From NCBI GenBank assembly GCA_964234715.1, contig OZ174276.1: a DNA stretch of 64,000 nucleotides; one strand, 5' to 3'. The position numbers were made by a program, and so were the translations under genes. The stretch is from Podarcis melisellensis (Eukaryota). The notes under the pieces were generated by a model, which was not told the DNA's origin, searched no databases, and saw only the letters and a program-made list of their open reading frames with translations. Within the stretch, counting starts at the first letter, position 1, and every line of letters begins with the position of its first letter. Below, piece by piece: positions 12,265 through 23,700 of the stretch.

Positions 12265-12978
12265 GTAATGTTTTGTTTTGGGTCTTTCACAAAGTGAGGA
12301 ACAGAAAGGTAGTTAGTGGATGGTAAATTCTCAGGTACTGACTTCAGGTTGCTGGCATCATTGAACCATCTTCTGTTACATTCTGGGACAACCAAATGAA
12401 TGGCAAACAAGGATAGCCGGTTATAGTGGTGCCCTTAGCAGGATTCTTATACCTGAAGGTTTGATGGGAATCCTGCCTGTTCTGCTCCCCTGGTTCTTTG
12501 CCCCATTTCTTTCCTTTAATTTGAGATCAGTAGCTCTCTTGGAACAGTGGTAGAGCCCAGAATGAAACTATAATAGTACTTAGCATTTATATACTGTGTT
12601 AAGTGTGTCAAAAGTTTGCTAAGGTGTCATAATTAGTATTTCCTATCTGAAAGAGAACGCCTTGCCTAAGGTCACCAAGTGAGTTAATATCAGAGGTAAG
12701 ATCTGAACAAGGAGCATCCTGATTAATAACTCAGTCTTAGCTAGCGTGCTACCCCAGCTATCCATTGTTGTTCCTGACAACTTCTTGTTAGTGTGGGTTT
12801 CTAAAACAGCCCTTTCAAGTATCTTGAAAGCCCCAAATATAGTGTCAACCAGTCACAGTTGCTCATTCATGAAAAGGCATCAGTTTCTCAGAATGAGCTA
12901 GTCTTGTCCAAAGGCAGAGCTGGTTTGACCATGGTTTAGGTTTATTTGAGTAGGCTCCTGCTCTTTGTTTTCAACTAG

Positions 12979-13045
12979 GTGGTACTGAGAGTTTACTTCC
13001 CAGATCGTCACATTCTGCAGGGCTTCTTCCATCCCAGTGAAACAG
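12979..13045 (+). CDS. ASPSCR1: ASPSCR1 coding exon (~exon 10): VVLRVYFPDRHILQGFFHPSET (UBX)
   Basis: aactag|GTG ... ACAG|gtaaga; UBX signature R..FPD...LQG.F...E. Confidence 0.96.
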
Positions 13046-14987
13046 GTAAGAGTGTATCTCCCTCCCAGCTTCTGCCTCACCCCCAAGTAAGGTGCAGTGA
13101 AATAGAGAAAAGTTCCTTGCTCCCAGGCTAAGGTTTGTGACTTGAGATAGTTACACTGCAATGTCTCTAGTTGTTTGGTTTGGGCGGTGCTTTAAAAGCT
13201 TGAAACTCAAGCACTGTGATCTGAATGAAGGAGGGCTGAGATTTGTGCTCTAAAGAGGACAAATCTTCCAGGCCACTTACCGCTGCATTAGTCATGCCCA
13301 GATGAGGCCATTGAACAACAGGGTGTTGGTCTAGTGTAGTTTCAACCAGAGCCCAAAAAAGGAGCTGGAAACACTGAAGAGAAGTTGAATCAACCACTCT
13401 TCTTAAATGTGCCAGGGGCCAAAAGCAAAACCAGGCTTCCTGCACCTCTAAATAGCAAAAGGCTAGAACTTCCTGCGGCATGGCAGGGCACACACCCAAC
13501 TATGCTTTCTGCCTTGCATCTGTCTCCATCTATGGAACTAGATGTCCGTTCCTCCTCATGAATTTCTGCTCCTCCTTTGGCCTTAGGCTTGTGAGAGGGA
13601 ACTCTAAAGTGATAGTTCTTTTGCATAGGCCTGACTAAAGTAAGATCCAGAATCTTCTGCCTTGCTGGCGTGAGATGTGTGCGTCAGCCCCTGTATTCCT
13701 AGGATTCTGAGTTGGGGCAGGTAGAACATACCAGATAGGAGGTGTTACACAATGCTGTACAGATAGCTGGCTGGTTTATCTGCTGTACACTTAAACACTA
13801 CCATTGTTGCCTAAAGCTTTTGAGGGAAGTGATTCGAATATTGAAGGGGAGGCAGGAGAAGGCAGATAGGACCGTGGGTAACTACTGTTTGTGTTTCTCA
13901 TTCTTTTGTGTCAGATGGCAATGGTGGTTGCTCGTGAGTAATCAGTCAGGACTCCGACCTGTCTTTTACAGGTTTTATTTTGGTGCAAAACTATTTACAG
14001 TGCAGAACCACAAGTTCATGTCTGCCTCAATCGCTAGCAGAATCGTTTCCGGGTCCTCCCCCAACATAATAGCTCAGTCACCCCCAGCCTTTTCCTTCCT
14101 TCTTTGTGTTTTGCACCTCTGCGCAGGGTGGGCGACGGAAGAATCGTGCTTCCCTCCTGGCTAGCTTGACCAGAAGCGGTGCTGAGGCTCTCAGCAGCAT
14201 CCTCTGGTCCCTTCCCCTCTTCCCCACTAGAGGTGTGGCTTTCCCCACCACAGGAAGAGGAACTGCTTCCCAAGATTTTCGGAGGTTTACTGTAACCCAA
14301 CTGCCCCTCTGCTTCCCTTCCCTGTTCCGCTGGCAGTCCCCTGACATTTTGCTTTGTGTTGAATCCGGGTTTTTGCTCCATTTAGAAACAGCCATGTTCC
14401 TTGCTACGCCATCTACCTTTCAATCTAGCACAGCCTAGAAAAATCGTTTGTGAGGGTCTCCGATAGCAAAACTGAACACCACTTCAGTTATTCCTTTCAG
14501 GGAAGCAAACCCTTTTGAATTGCTCATTGGGGGCAGAGCAGATTTGTGCTGGCAGTTAATATAAGACGGAAGATTTGTAAGGGAAGAAGAATTGGAACAT
14601 ACTGTTGAGACTTTGCATTGGGGAAACCAAGCCAGATCTTAATTAGGATGATAATTTTTCCCCATCATTGAAGGATGCTGAAGTCTCAGTGTTGGGGTGT
14701 TCATAGTGTGGGGAGGAGACTTCCAGCTATAGAGACAGAATGTGCAGTGATGAAGCTTGAAAGCATAGACAGATGTTACAATTCCTTTTGGTGAACCTAA
14801 AATAGGTGCTGACCAATGAAGACATCTCCTCTTGCTTTGCCCTCTCCATGTGTCTTTAAAGCAGTGACTACATTGGTTTTCTTTTCTAAGCACTGCAGCA
14901 AAGGAGATGTGGTCAGTGCTGTAAAGAGAATGCTGCTCACAATATATCTTTTGAGCCACACACCGATTTTCATGCTTTATTTGACAG

Positions 14988-15050
14988 TTGGTGCTCTGAG
15001 GAACTTTGTGAAAAGCCAGCTTGCAGATCCAGAGATGTCGTTCTATCTAT
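14988..15050 (+). CDS. ASPSCR1: ASPSCR1 coding exon (~exon 11): GALRNFVKSQLADPEMSFYL
   Basis: tgacag|TT ... CTAT|gtaagt; in phase. Confidence 0.95.
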
Positions 15051-15272
15051 GTAAGTTCAGATTTATGTTTTATAACTTTTTAAATGCCAGTTCTCCAGGC
15101 CTACTGTCACCATCTAGGTCTTTTAATTTTAATTGCCACAGCTAGTGAGCTATGGCTGCACCTCTGTCTCTCCTCCCCCCTATTCCCTCTCATTCCCCAG
15201 CCCTTTGCTAAATGAGCTTTATATATTTTTCTTGTTCTCTTTACCTAATGAGAACTTTGTGTTTTACTTTAG

Positions 15273-15325
15273 TTACTACACCTCCCAGATGCACGTTGAA
15301 TGATGACAGTTTGACCCTCTTTCAG
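15273..15325 (+). CDS. ASPSCR1: ASPSCR1 coding exon (~exon 12): FTTPPRCTLNDDSLTLFQ
   Basis: ctttag|TT ... CAG|gtaatg; UBX Pro-Pro turn conserved. Confidence 0.95.
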
Positions 15326-15587
15326 GTAATGGCTGCATGCCTCTTCCTGTTTGGTTTGTTTTTCTTATCACAAAAATGCCCTCTACTCTGGTTTTGCTTT
15401 TAAGAGCCTGAATAATTGCCTCCTGTGGGTCTCTATTAAGCCAAAGGTAGGTGAAAATCTGCAGTTGAAGTCTAAAGTGCTTCCCTTTGCTTGTGCACCT
15501 GGCATGTTATGAGGGCTTCCCATTGTTGAGCATAAGTGCTTCTGGCAAGGCCATTTTTGCCATGAGTGAAGCAAATAAGCCCCACTG

Positions 15588-15800
15588 GGTGGAATTCAAC
15601 TGAGTTGTTACATGCACAGAATGAGGTCAGCTTGCACAATGGGACTTCCCTCCCTTATATTCATATCCCCTAAATCTACTCTGAAGGGTTGGGGGAACCC
15701 ACAAAACAGGTTGGGGGGGCATGGAGGGAGGGGAAGTCTTGTTGCACAAATGGACTTCATTCCCCACACATACCCTACTTAGCACTACATTGAATTCTGC
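15588..15800. mobile_element. Degenerate palindromic MITE-like element (partial relative at ~48288-48425)
   Basis: GGAATTCAA...TTGAATTC termini with inverted GGACTTCCCTCCC / GGGAGGGGAAGTC arms. Confidence 0.5.
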
Positions 15801-16356
15801 TCACTGTGCTTACTGGGGCTTTCTCTGGAGTTAGTATGCATATAAGCACAGCTTAAAATTGAATTATTTAGCATAGAAGCAAGCCAGCTGAAATAAAGGG
15901 AGAAGGGGCTACACATGCCCACAGCATTCACTAGTGTTCTTGTGAGAAGATTCTGAAAGGCCGTTACATCCAAAATTAAAACGTTTTCTCGTTGTCTCGT
16001 GACACTAACCATACGGAGCACTTTGATTGCAGAAGCTGGGAGGTGATGCTGATGAATTGGGCTGTTTCCTTCCAGCTATACAAGTTTAAGGATTCGTGAA
16101 AGGGGGTTTTCCCCTCTCTGACTGTTGTGTGTACCTCCTGATAGATGTGGGAATTGTTGTGGCATTGCGATCACCATGCTCCGAATTCTTGGGTAACTGG
16201 AAATGTTGCTTATATGAACTGAATTCCTGGAGGCTTTTCCAAATTGGACAACATTGCTTCACTTTAAAAGGGTACATGAGTATTGTGATATGGATATCCT
16301 TTTCAGAAGGTATAGATCGGAACGTGAGCTGCATCCCAGGTGTGTGCATCTTAAAG

Positions 16357-16515
16357 AAAGGCTGTGACTCAATGGTAGGCAAATGGTTTGCATGCAAAAG
16401 GCCCTGGGTTCAATCCCCAGACAGGGCTGAGAAAGACCGCCGTCTGCTACGCTACGCAGAGAGCCCTGCCGGTCAGTGTAGACAATATTGAGCCAGGTGG
16501 GCCAGTGGTCTTGAC
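16357..16515 (+). mobile_element. tRNA(Ala-like)-derived squamate SINE
   Basis: GGCTGTGACTCAATGGTAG...TTTGCATGCAAAAGGCCCTGGGTTCAATCCCCAG head, then CAGTGTAGACAATATTGAGC body. Confidence 0.7.
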
Positions 16516-19069
16516 AGTTGAAGGCGACTCCCTGTGTTCCCATGTCTCGTGTGACTTGGATCTTGACTCTTGATACCAGTCGCTTCTTTCTGTTCACGGA
16601 GTGCAAGAAGCTTGTGTTAATTATCAATGTTGAGGATCACTGGAGCGACCTTCCTCCACTTCCCCCTTCTAGGGGAGGTAATTTTGCAAGTTCTCTGAAG
16701 TTCCTCCCTCTTACGGGTCCGTGCAACCCTGTTCTGTTCTGTTTTGCCCCTGCCCCCTTTTCTTTTGATCTCCTTGCCTCCGGGCCCCAGATGAGAGTAC
16801 GCACTTGCCAAGCGAACAGTCTGTCTCTGTTTTGGAAGGCCTGAAAATGTGTGCTCTTGATTTTTAGGAAGGCTTACTGTGACGGAGATGAAGAACTCCT
16901 TGCACAAAAGGCTTTTTGCCTGAACCTAGCTGCGGAGCTCTGGTTTGTTTTGCTAAATGCTGAGTGGAACTGAAAGGGCCTAGCCAACAAACCTCACCCG
17001 ACTGCAGCTTTCCTGCCCAAAGAAAAGCGAGGCAGGACCAAAACTGTCACTCGCAGGGTATGATATACCAAGGGTCATTTGGAGGTTGACAGGTCATACA
17101 GAGTGTAACAGGAATCGGTTTGCGTAGTGTATGTCAGAGCCTCTCAGGCGGCATATTGAATTAGGAAAGGATTAGAGCTCTTCTGAAGTTGTTTATAATG
17201 GAGCTTTCCAAATTCCATGACTTCCTGGCCAGGCCATGTGGACGAGACACCAGTGCAGCTGCTGTCAGAGCACTGAATGTGTAAAGAGCCAATACCGATG
17301 GCTACCTACGTTCAAGCTCAAGACCTGTCCCCTTTCTGACACACAGTGCTTCACAACTCCTTGCCAAGAAGCTTAGGTTACCCCCCCAAAACATGTCTGT
17401 CTCTGTATGGTTTACTAATAGTGTTTTGTTTGTTGCCACAATGCTTACATTGGCCTCGGCCTCCTTGACCCCTGGGAATGTCTCGGGCCTGCGCACTTTT
17501 ACAGCATGGGTGTGCTTTTATTGTTCATGGCTGGTGACTCCATAGCCTGGGCATGATGTAGCGGTTAGTTGTGCTTTCTGCCGTCTTGAGGCCCCTTCGG
17601 CATGCTTAATCAAAGTGTGCACAAAATACATTTTGACTTTCATGAGATACTTCTGCAAATCCCTTTCCAATGCCAGTAGCACTATACTCTGCCGGCATTT
17701 AACAGATCGGGGAGGGAGGGTATCTGTGCAACTGTTGGCCTCCTTTTAAAGTCCAGATGTGGTTAGATGTGTTCTTCAAAGGGGGGGGGCATTTAGCCTT
17801 TAGAGTTTGTTTGCTTTTTAAGTGTTAATGAAAAAAAATCATCAAATGGTGGGGCGTTGCTGTGGGGAAAGTGGTAGTCTTGAGTTTCGCTTATTTTGTT
17901 TCATTTCTGCCTAATTTTCCACTCTGTAAAGAAACAAAAACAAAAACAAACTTGTGTGTTCCAGCCCAGGAATTTATAGAGCAGGTACATGCATAACCTC
18001 CATATTATTATTATTTTTTTTAAAAGATGGAAAATATTTACAAAACTGGACTGAGGTGGAAGAGGTGTTTTGCCCGTGACTAGTTACGTCACCAAAATAT
18101 CAAGCAGGTGCCTGTAACACTTGTGGAAGTATATTCCACACAGCAGTGATCACACCGTCTGAAGGAAGTAGTCATCTTTTCTGAGGTACGCTTTATTTGT
18201 CCAAAGAAGCATACAACTAGTTCCGCGAGCCCAACGAAGCTCCAGAGTTGTTTTTCCTCAAACTGCAGGCATCCCCCTGCCCTACCACCACAGTTCCCTG
18301 GGTGCTATGCGCCAAGCTGCTTTCGAAACTGACAGGGATTTTAAATTCAGATGTTTGAAGGAAAAACCTTAAGAATTCAAAGAGGTTAGCAGAAACCTCT
18401 TGTCTGAGCTTGAAGCAGCTCTTTGGATTCTTGGCCAACAGAAGTTTGACCTAGGATTGGGGGCAGAGACATAATGTCTGTGCACAGCAAATGAGAAGCA
18501 AACACATATTTATCGTACAGTGGTGCAGAATGACCCTGAGAGCCATTTAGCACCTGAGCCTGGCCTCTGCTCGGATGTGCCTGCAGCCCTTCAATGCTGG
18601 AACAGAAAGCTCTGTGCCTTTTCTTTCTGAGTCACAATGTCATCTTGGTGGGGAGCAGTCAGTTCAGTGCCTTTTCTTCTTCTCACCCCCCTTCAAAGCC
18701 ACTGAAATATTTTAATTAATAGCAGAAGTGCCAGTGGAAAGGTCCCTTGTGCCTTTGAACTGGGCGACTTTCCCACTCATTGGGAAAGCAGCTCCTCCCA
18801 TCTTCCCTTGTTTTGTGCCATCTTGCCCACAGCTGCCACCCAACACGATCTCCGATTCCCACACGCTTATTGTGGTCGGAAGATAGGAAAATAAGAGAAG
18901 TTTTCTGTGGAGTTCTGAGAAGTCTTAGGAGGGAAAGGTCACACAGGGAGTCTGATTAAACTAGTGATTAAAACCTGTATCTGGAAACGGACGTTTATCT
19001 ATACGTTTTGGCCCTCTTTTGCCCAGCCTATAGGCCAAACCAGACCTGTAAAGCAATTGTAACTTGACC

Positions 19070-19238
19070 CAGTGACGTAGCGTGGGGGGTGCAGGGGGGC
19101 CCGGCCGCACCGGGCGCAACATCTGGGGGTTAGGGTTAGGGTGCGCAAATCCACGGGTTAGGGGGCGCAAATCCACGGGTTAGGGGGCACAAATTACTTG
19201 CTTTGCCCCGGGTGCTGACAACCCACGCTACGCCACTG
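19070..19238 (-). mobile_element. 169-bp non-autonomous hAT MITE, copy 2 (inverted relative to copy 1)
   Basis: Same TIRs and interior; 8-bp TSD ACTTGACC (19062-19069, 19239-19246). Confidence 0.92.
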
Positions 19239-19878
19239 ACTTGACCTATCCCATTTTAATCAATGTGGGATATAAAACCTTTGTCCTCTTGAGAAAATAA
19301 TCAAATTAAAAAGTAACACTGGGGGGGGGGGGAGACACACACAGAGACATGGAGTTGCAGGGGAGTCACTCCTCATTGTAATGTTACTACTCATCTCTGG
19401 GTCTTACATACAACGCACTGGCTGCGATTGAGTTTTGTGTTTGTCGGGCTCTTCTAGGTATCTTGAACACGCAGGAGTACTCATGCCACCCAACCTCCCA
19501 TGTTGGCTTTGTCCTTGAACTTTGCTTCCCAACATAGGTTTTTGCATCACCACCACCACCACTGCATATCTGAATACTTCTTGGATTTTAACTTCCTCTT
19601 TACCTAGGATGCTTTTCTTCACCTCTCTTTTTTGTGCCTTTTCTGAATATATTAACCAACAGCTGCAAGGGAAGGTTTAGTACCTTCTCACTCCTTGATC
19701 CAGCTATGGCGGCTTTCTGGTCTATATACCCAATTTTGACTATGAGTTTTTAGCATTCTAATATGCAGTTTTATTTTTACACTTAAAGTAGGGTTTTTGT
19801 GTTTTGTGTAAGCAGGCAGGAGGTTTGAATGATACTATAAGCATTATCCCAGACAAATAGATATAGGATTTGAGTCTT

Positions 19879-19945
19879 AGGCTGCAATCCTAACCCCATT
19901 TCCCTGAGAGTAATCTTCACTGAATTCAATGGGACTTACTTCTTA
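19879..19945. repeat. Short palindromic dispersed repeat (GGCTGCAATCCTA...TTCAATGGGACTTAC); copies ~42260-42330, ~44690-44760, ~53750-53850
   Basis: Recurring TTCAATG and ATAGGATTGCAGCC motifs in several introns and intergenic DNA. Confidence 0.55.
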
Positions 19946-20387
19946 GGTTAGTACTACTACCTTAAACTCCCTAGCGAAGTGGTTTCCTTGATATTGCCAC
20001 CTATAAGGTCTCTGAGCAAATATTCCTGTTTTCATAAAGAGAGTTAGCAAAAGGTTAATGGAGAGAAGTTCAGACAATAATTGCTGCAGCGACCATATAA
20101 GGACATCTGAAAATAATTCAACACAGATAGAATATCACAAACATTATTACTGTCAAAAATGGTCTTGTTCATAGTGATCTTCCTTTGATGGTCCGTTTAA
20201 AGTCTCTGCTTCATTCACAATCTGGAGTCAGGTCTCCAGTTCCTGAGAGACCAAAGCATCCACAACAAATGGCCATCTAACCTCGGCTTAAAAACTTCCA
20301 ATGGCGGTGAGTACACCACTTTCCAAGGGAGTCCATCCCACTGTCAAACAGCTTTTACCTCCAGAAAGTTAATCCTGATTATGATTA

Positions 20388-20750
20388 CCGTATTTTTTGC
20401 CCCATAGGATGCACTTTTCCCCCTCCAAAAATGAAGGGGAAATGTGTGTGCCTCCTATGGGGCGAATGCAGGCTTTCGCTGAAGCCTGGAGCGTGAGAGG
20501 GGTCTGTGCGCACTGACCCCTCTCGCTCTCCAGGCTTCGCGCAGCTCTCCACAAGGTGCGGGAACCCTGCGCTGGGCTCCCATGGCTTGTGGAGAGTTGC
20601 CTGTTCTGGGGGCTGGGGTCGGGGGAAGCTCGGGCTTCCCCCGCCCCAGCCCCCCTCCTAGGGGGGGGATTTCCCCCCCCCCTTTAATTCCCCCCAAAAA
20701 AACTAGGTGCGCCTTATGGGACGGTGCGTCCTATAAGGCGAAAAATACGG
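20388..20750. mobile_element. Tc1/mariner-pogo-type MITE (CCGTATTTTT TIR), copy 1
   Basis: TIRs CCGTATTTTTTGCCCCATAGGATGCAC / GTGCGTCCTATAAGGCGAAAAATACGG; TA on both sides. Confidence 0.88.
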
Positions 20751-23700
20751 TAGTTTGCGATTTTACACACACACATAGATTGTCTATCATCTTTGTGACC
20801 CTTTTTTTGGTATTGCCCTCTTTCACAATAATGAGTTTTGGACTGAATGTGTTTCAATGTTCACTAGAGTAGCTGCACAGCTTTCCCAGGTTGCTCACCA
20901 TTTATTTTCAGCTGCTTCACAGTTCAGAAGTGCTTCAGTGAAGCATTTTCATTCATCCATTCCAGAATGCCTTGCATCAGCTTCCTCCTCTACTGGTGGC
21001 CCCTGACACCTTTTCCAGCACCTGTTCTGTGAAGCCTCTTGCAGATGACCAGCTCAGTCTGTTTCAGCAGCCCCTGCAATCTAGCTGGCCCTCTACATTC
21101 CCATTGCCCTCAGATGACTAAGGCAACCACATTTAATTTCATCTACTAGAGAGCATTGATTGCTCTCAGAGAGATGCGAGTTGAGGGTTGGCAGCACAAT
21201 GTGTGAGCATCTGTGGGGGTTCCCCCCCCCTCGTGCCCATTCAAAGTCTGTTCGTTCCAAACCTTCAAACCTAGTTTCAGGTCAGCCCTCTTAAAGTATT
21301 CAAGCTTTTTAGCTGGCAAAATAAGTTGGAGGTCAGGGAGCTGGCCAGGATGTTTTGATAAACCTTCCTTTCTATATATATATATTTAAAGTATTTTGGA
21401 AATCTTCATTTCCAAAACAACAGGAAGGATTCTGTTCAAAACTTCACTTTTCTTGGAAATTTCTGTACCAAATGTGACTGTTAGAAAAAGCTGGGAGAAT
21501 GTGAAAGCAGCCCAGGCTAGACAGCTTGAACATAAATGATGGTGGCCACTCTTCAGAATTAAGTGGTTTTAATAGATAGCTTTTGAGGTTCAAGATTTTT
21601 TCTTCCCAAACCTCCAAATTTTTAAGGAGAGTGATGAATAGCAGTGAATTTGATCATGTATCCAGTGCTCTAGTATCAGCAGTGTTTGCTCAGAAAGCTC
21701 TGTAGTTTTCAGCACTATTCAGTTTTGTCGGTTCTCCTGGTTGCTAGATAGGTAAGTCCTGGTATATAGAATTATCAGAGGTTTAATATGATTTACAGGG
21801 AAGTGATAGTAGGTATGAGTTGGGCAGGTTAAGGGGTAGTAGTAACCTGTGTAAATGAGACCTGGATAAAGACCACCTTACCTCCAAATCTGAGTGCGGT
21901 GGAAGTATATCAGCAGGGAGTTTAATTAGATTAATGAATCTGTTTCAACAACAAATGGCTGGACCTGTGTGCCTTAGTGCTGCAGAGCCCAAACAGTGTG
22001 AGGTTAGTGGCCACACAGTCCTTGAGCAGAGTTAATGGCAGGTTTTCTAGCTCATGTTTCATTTGAGTACAAGGGTGGGCGGTTGGTCCTTTCTGGTCCC
22101 AGTAGGTTCTCCTACTGTGTGTGATCAACATACAGAAAGGAGCAGAATGACCAACAAAAAATATCCTAGCCCTCCGATGCAAAGTACAGTAATCTGCTCA
22201 TGGATGTACTTGTAAAGGACTCCTGCCTGCAAGCAGATCTATTCCTAAGCACCCCAGTCTTCCCTTTTCAAGTAGTTGGCTGGAATGTTTACCCTCCAGT
22301 AGAGTTACTCATGAATAAGAACCCTGCATAGTTGTGAGTAAACATAGCCTGTGAAAACACTGACAAACCTGTGTGTGGACATAGCCGAAGTACTGAAAAT
22401 TGCAGTGCTTTAACTACAAATGCCCATGTTGTCTAGAGTATTAGGACTGCACCCAAATTCTCCTTAAAAGGTGAGTAAGACCCACTCAGGATGACTGCAC
22501 CGGCTGATCCTAGGGTGTTCCCTAGGAAAACATCCGATGCACATACAATGCAGCCTAGCATCTTGCAGTAGAGCTTAGAAATGAACATGTGCACTGTTCA
22601 GGTGCATCAAAACAGGAGCAAACAAGCAACGTATTCCTTATTCTCTTCCTTTTTTTGAGATGGGGGAGATTGCAATCACATTGCTATAACTTCCTGGGTT
22701 GCCTCTCCCTTTCCCTAGTTTAGATTGGCTGATTCTAGATGACATTTTGCTCCCTATCACCAGTATAAACATGCATTCATCCGTTCGTTCTTTCCCCCTT
22801 TTTGCCTTGAGTCAGTCTATGCTCCATGCTGTAATGGCTTCTGCTTGGATAGCCTTTCTCTGCCACCGGAGATCTGAAAGCTTGGCAGAGGCTGAAGGGG
22901 GCTTTCTTTTCTGGAGAGAAATGGGTGCGGAAGCTGCTCCAGCTTTCATGTCCCTGGCAACTCTGTTATTGTTGGATGCCCTTTTTATAGGCTGCTGGTC
23001 CTAATCGGGCTGTTTTGCCTAAGCCCCTGTGTTCCTGGGAAGGAGGGGGGTGTGTGTGTGTTATTGGACCTGTCTCGGCACTAGCGTGAGGGGCAGTGCT
23101 GAGGTGGGGAACCCTGCTGTTTGCCTTCTCCAGCATTATTTGCTGAGCGGCAAACTCATGGGCACAGGAGTGGATATGTATTGTGCAGACTCCTGCTTTT
23201 GAGTCTGCATGTGACTAATGTGGGAACTGGAACAGAGACTTCTCTTATTTTTGTAAAAAAATAAACTGTGTTGGTTTTGTGTACACATGGAGATGGAAGT
23301 GAAACGCACAGAAACACCAACCTTGTTCAGTGGGATGCTCTTAATAGTTTCCGTATTTAATATAGACGAAACCACTCTATAATATTTGAAATAGTCTTCT
23401 AAGAGACTTGTAAATTAATTTAACATGGATTAACTGACAAAAAGAAGCTAATTAGACTCATGGAAACACCAGACAAAGGCCTGCTGGAACAAGTGGGTTA
23501 TAGCTAGTATGATGAATCTTCAGAAAATGTCTGTCCTGGGCTTGAATCATCAGATCTCTGTTCTCTTGAGGTCTCTGCACTTTCATGCTGTGTTGTCAGG
23601 ACATCAGAAGAGGCTAGACCAGGAGTGGGGAACCTCTGGCCCTCGCAACTCCCATCAGCACAAACCAGCATGGTCAAAGATTATGGGAGTTGAAATTCAA

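Noticed and set aside
14034-14395. Antisense ORFs of 105-115 aa as a nested gene
   Set aside because: No recognisable domain or partner exons; overlapping ORFs on both strands reflect GC-rich, stop-poor sequence.
16357-16430. tRNA-Ala-like gene
   Set aside because: Degenerate cloverleaf that continues into a SINE body also found at 49788-50108; it is a SINE head.
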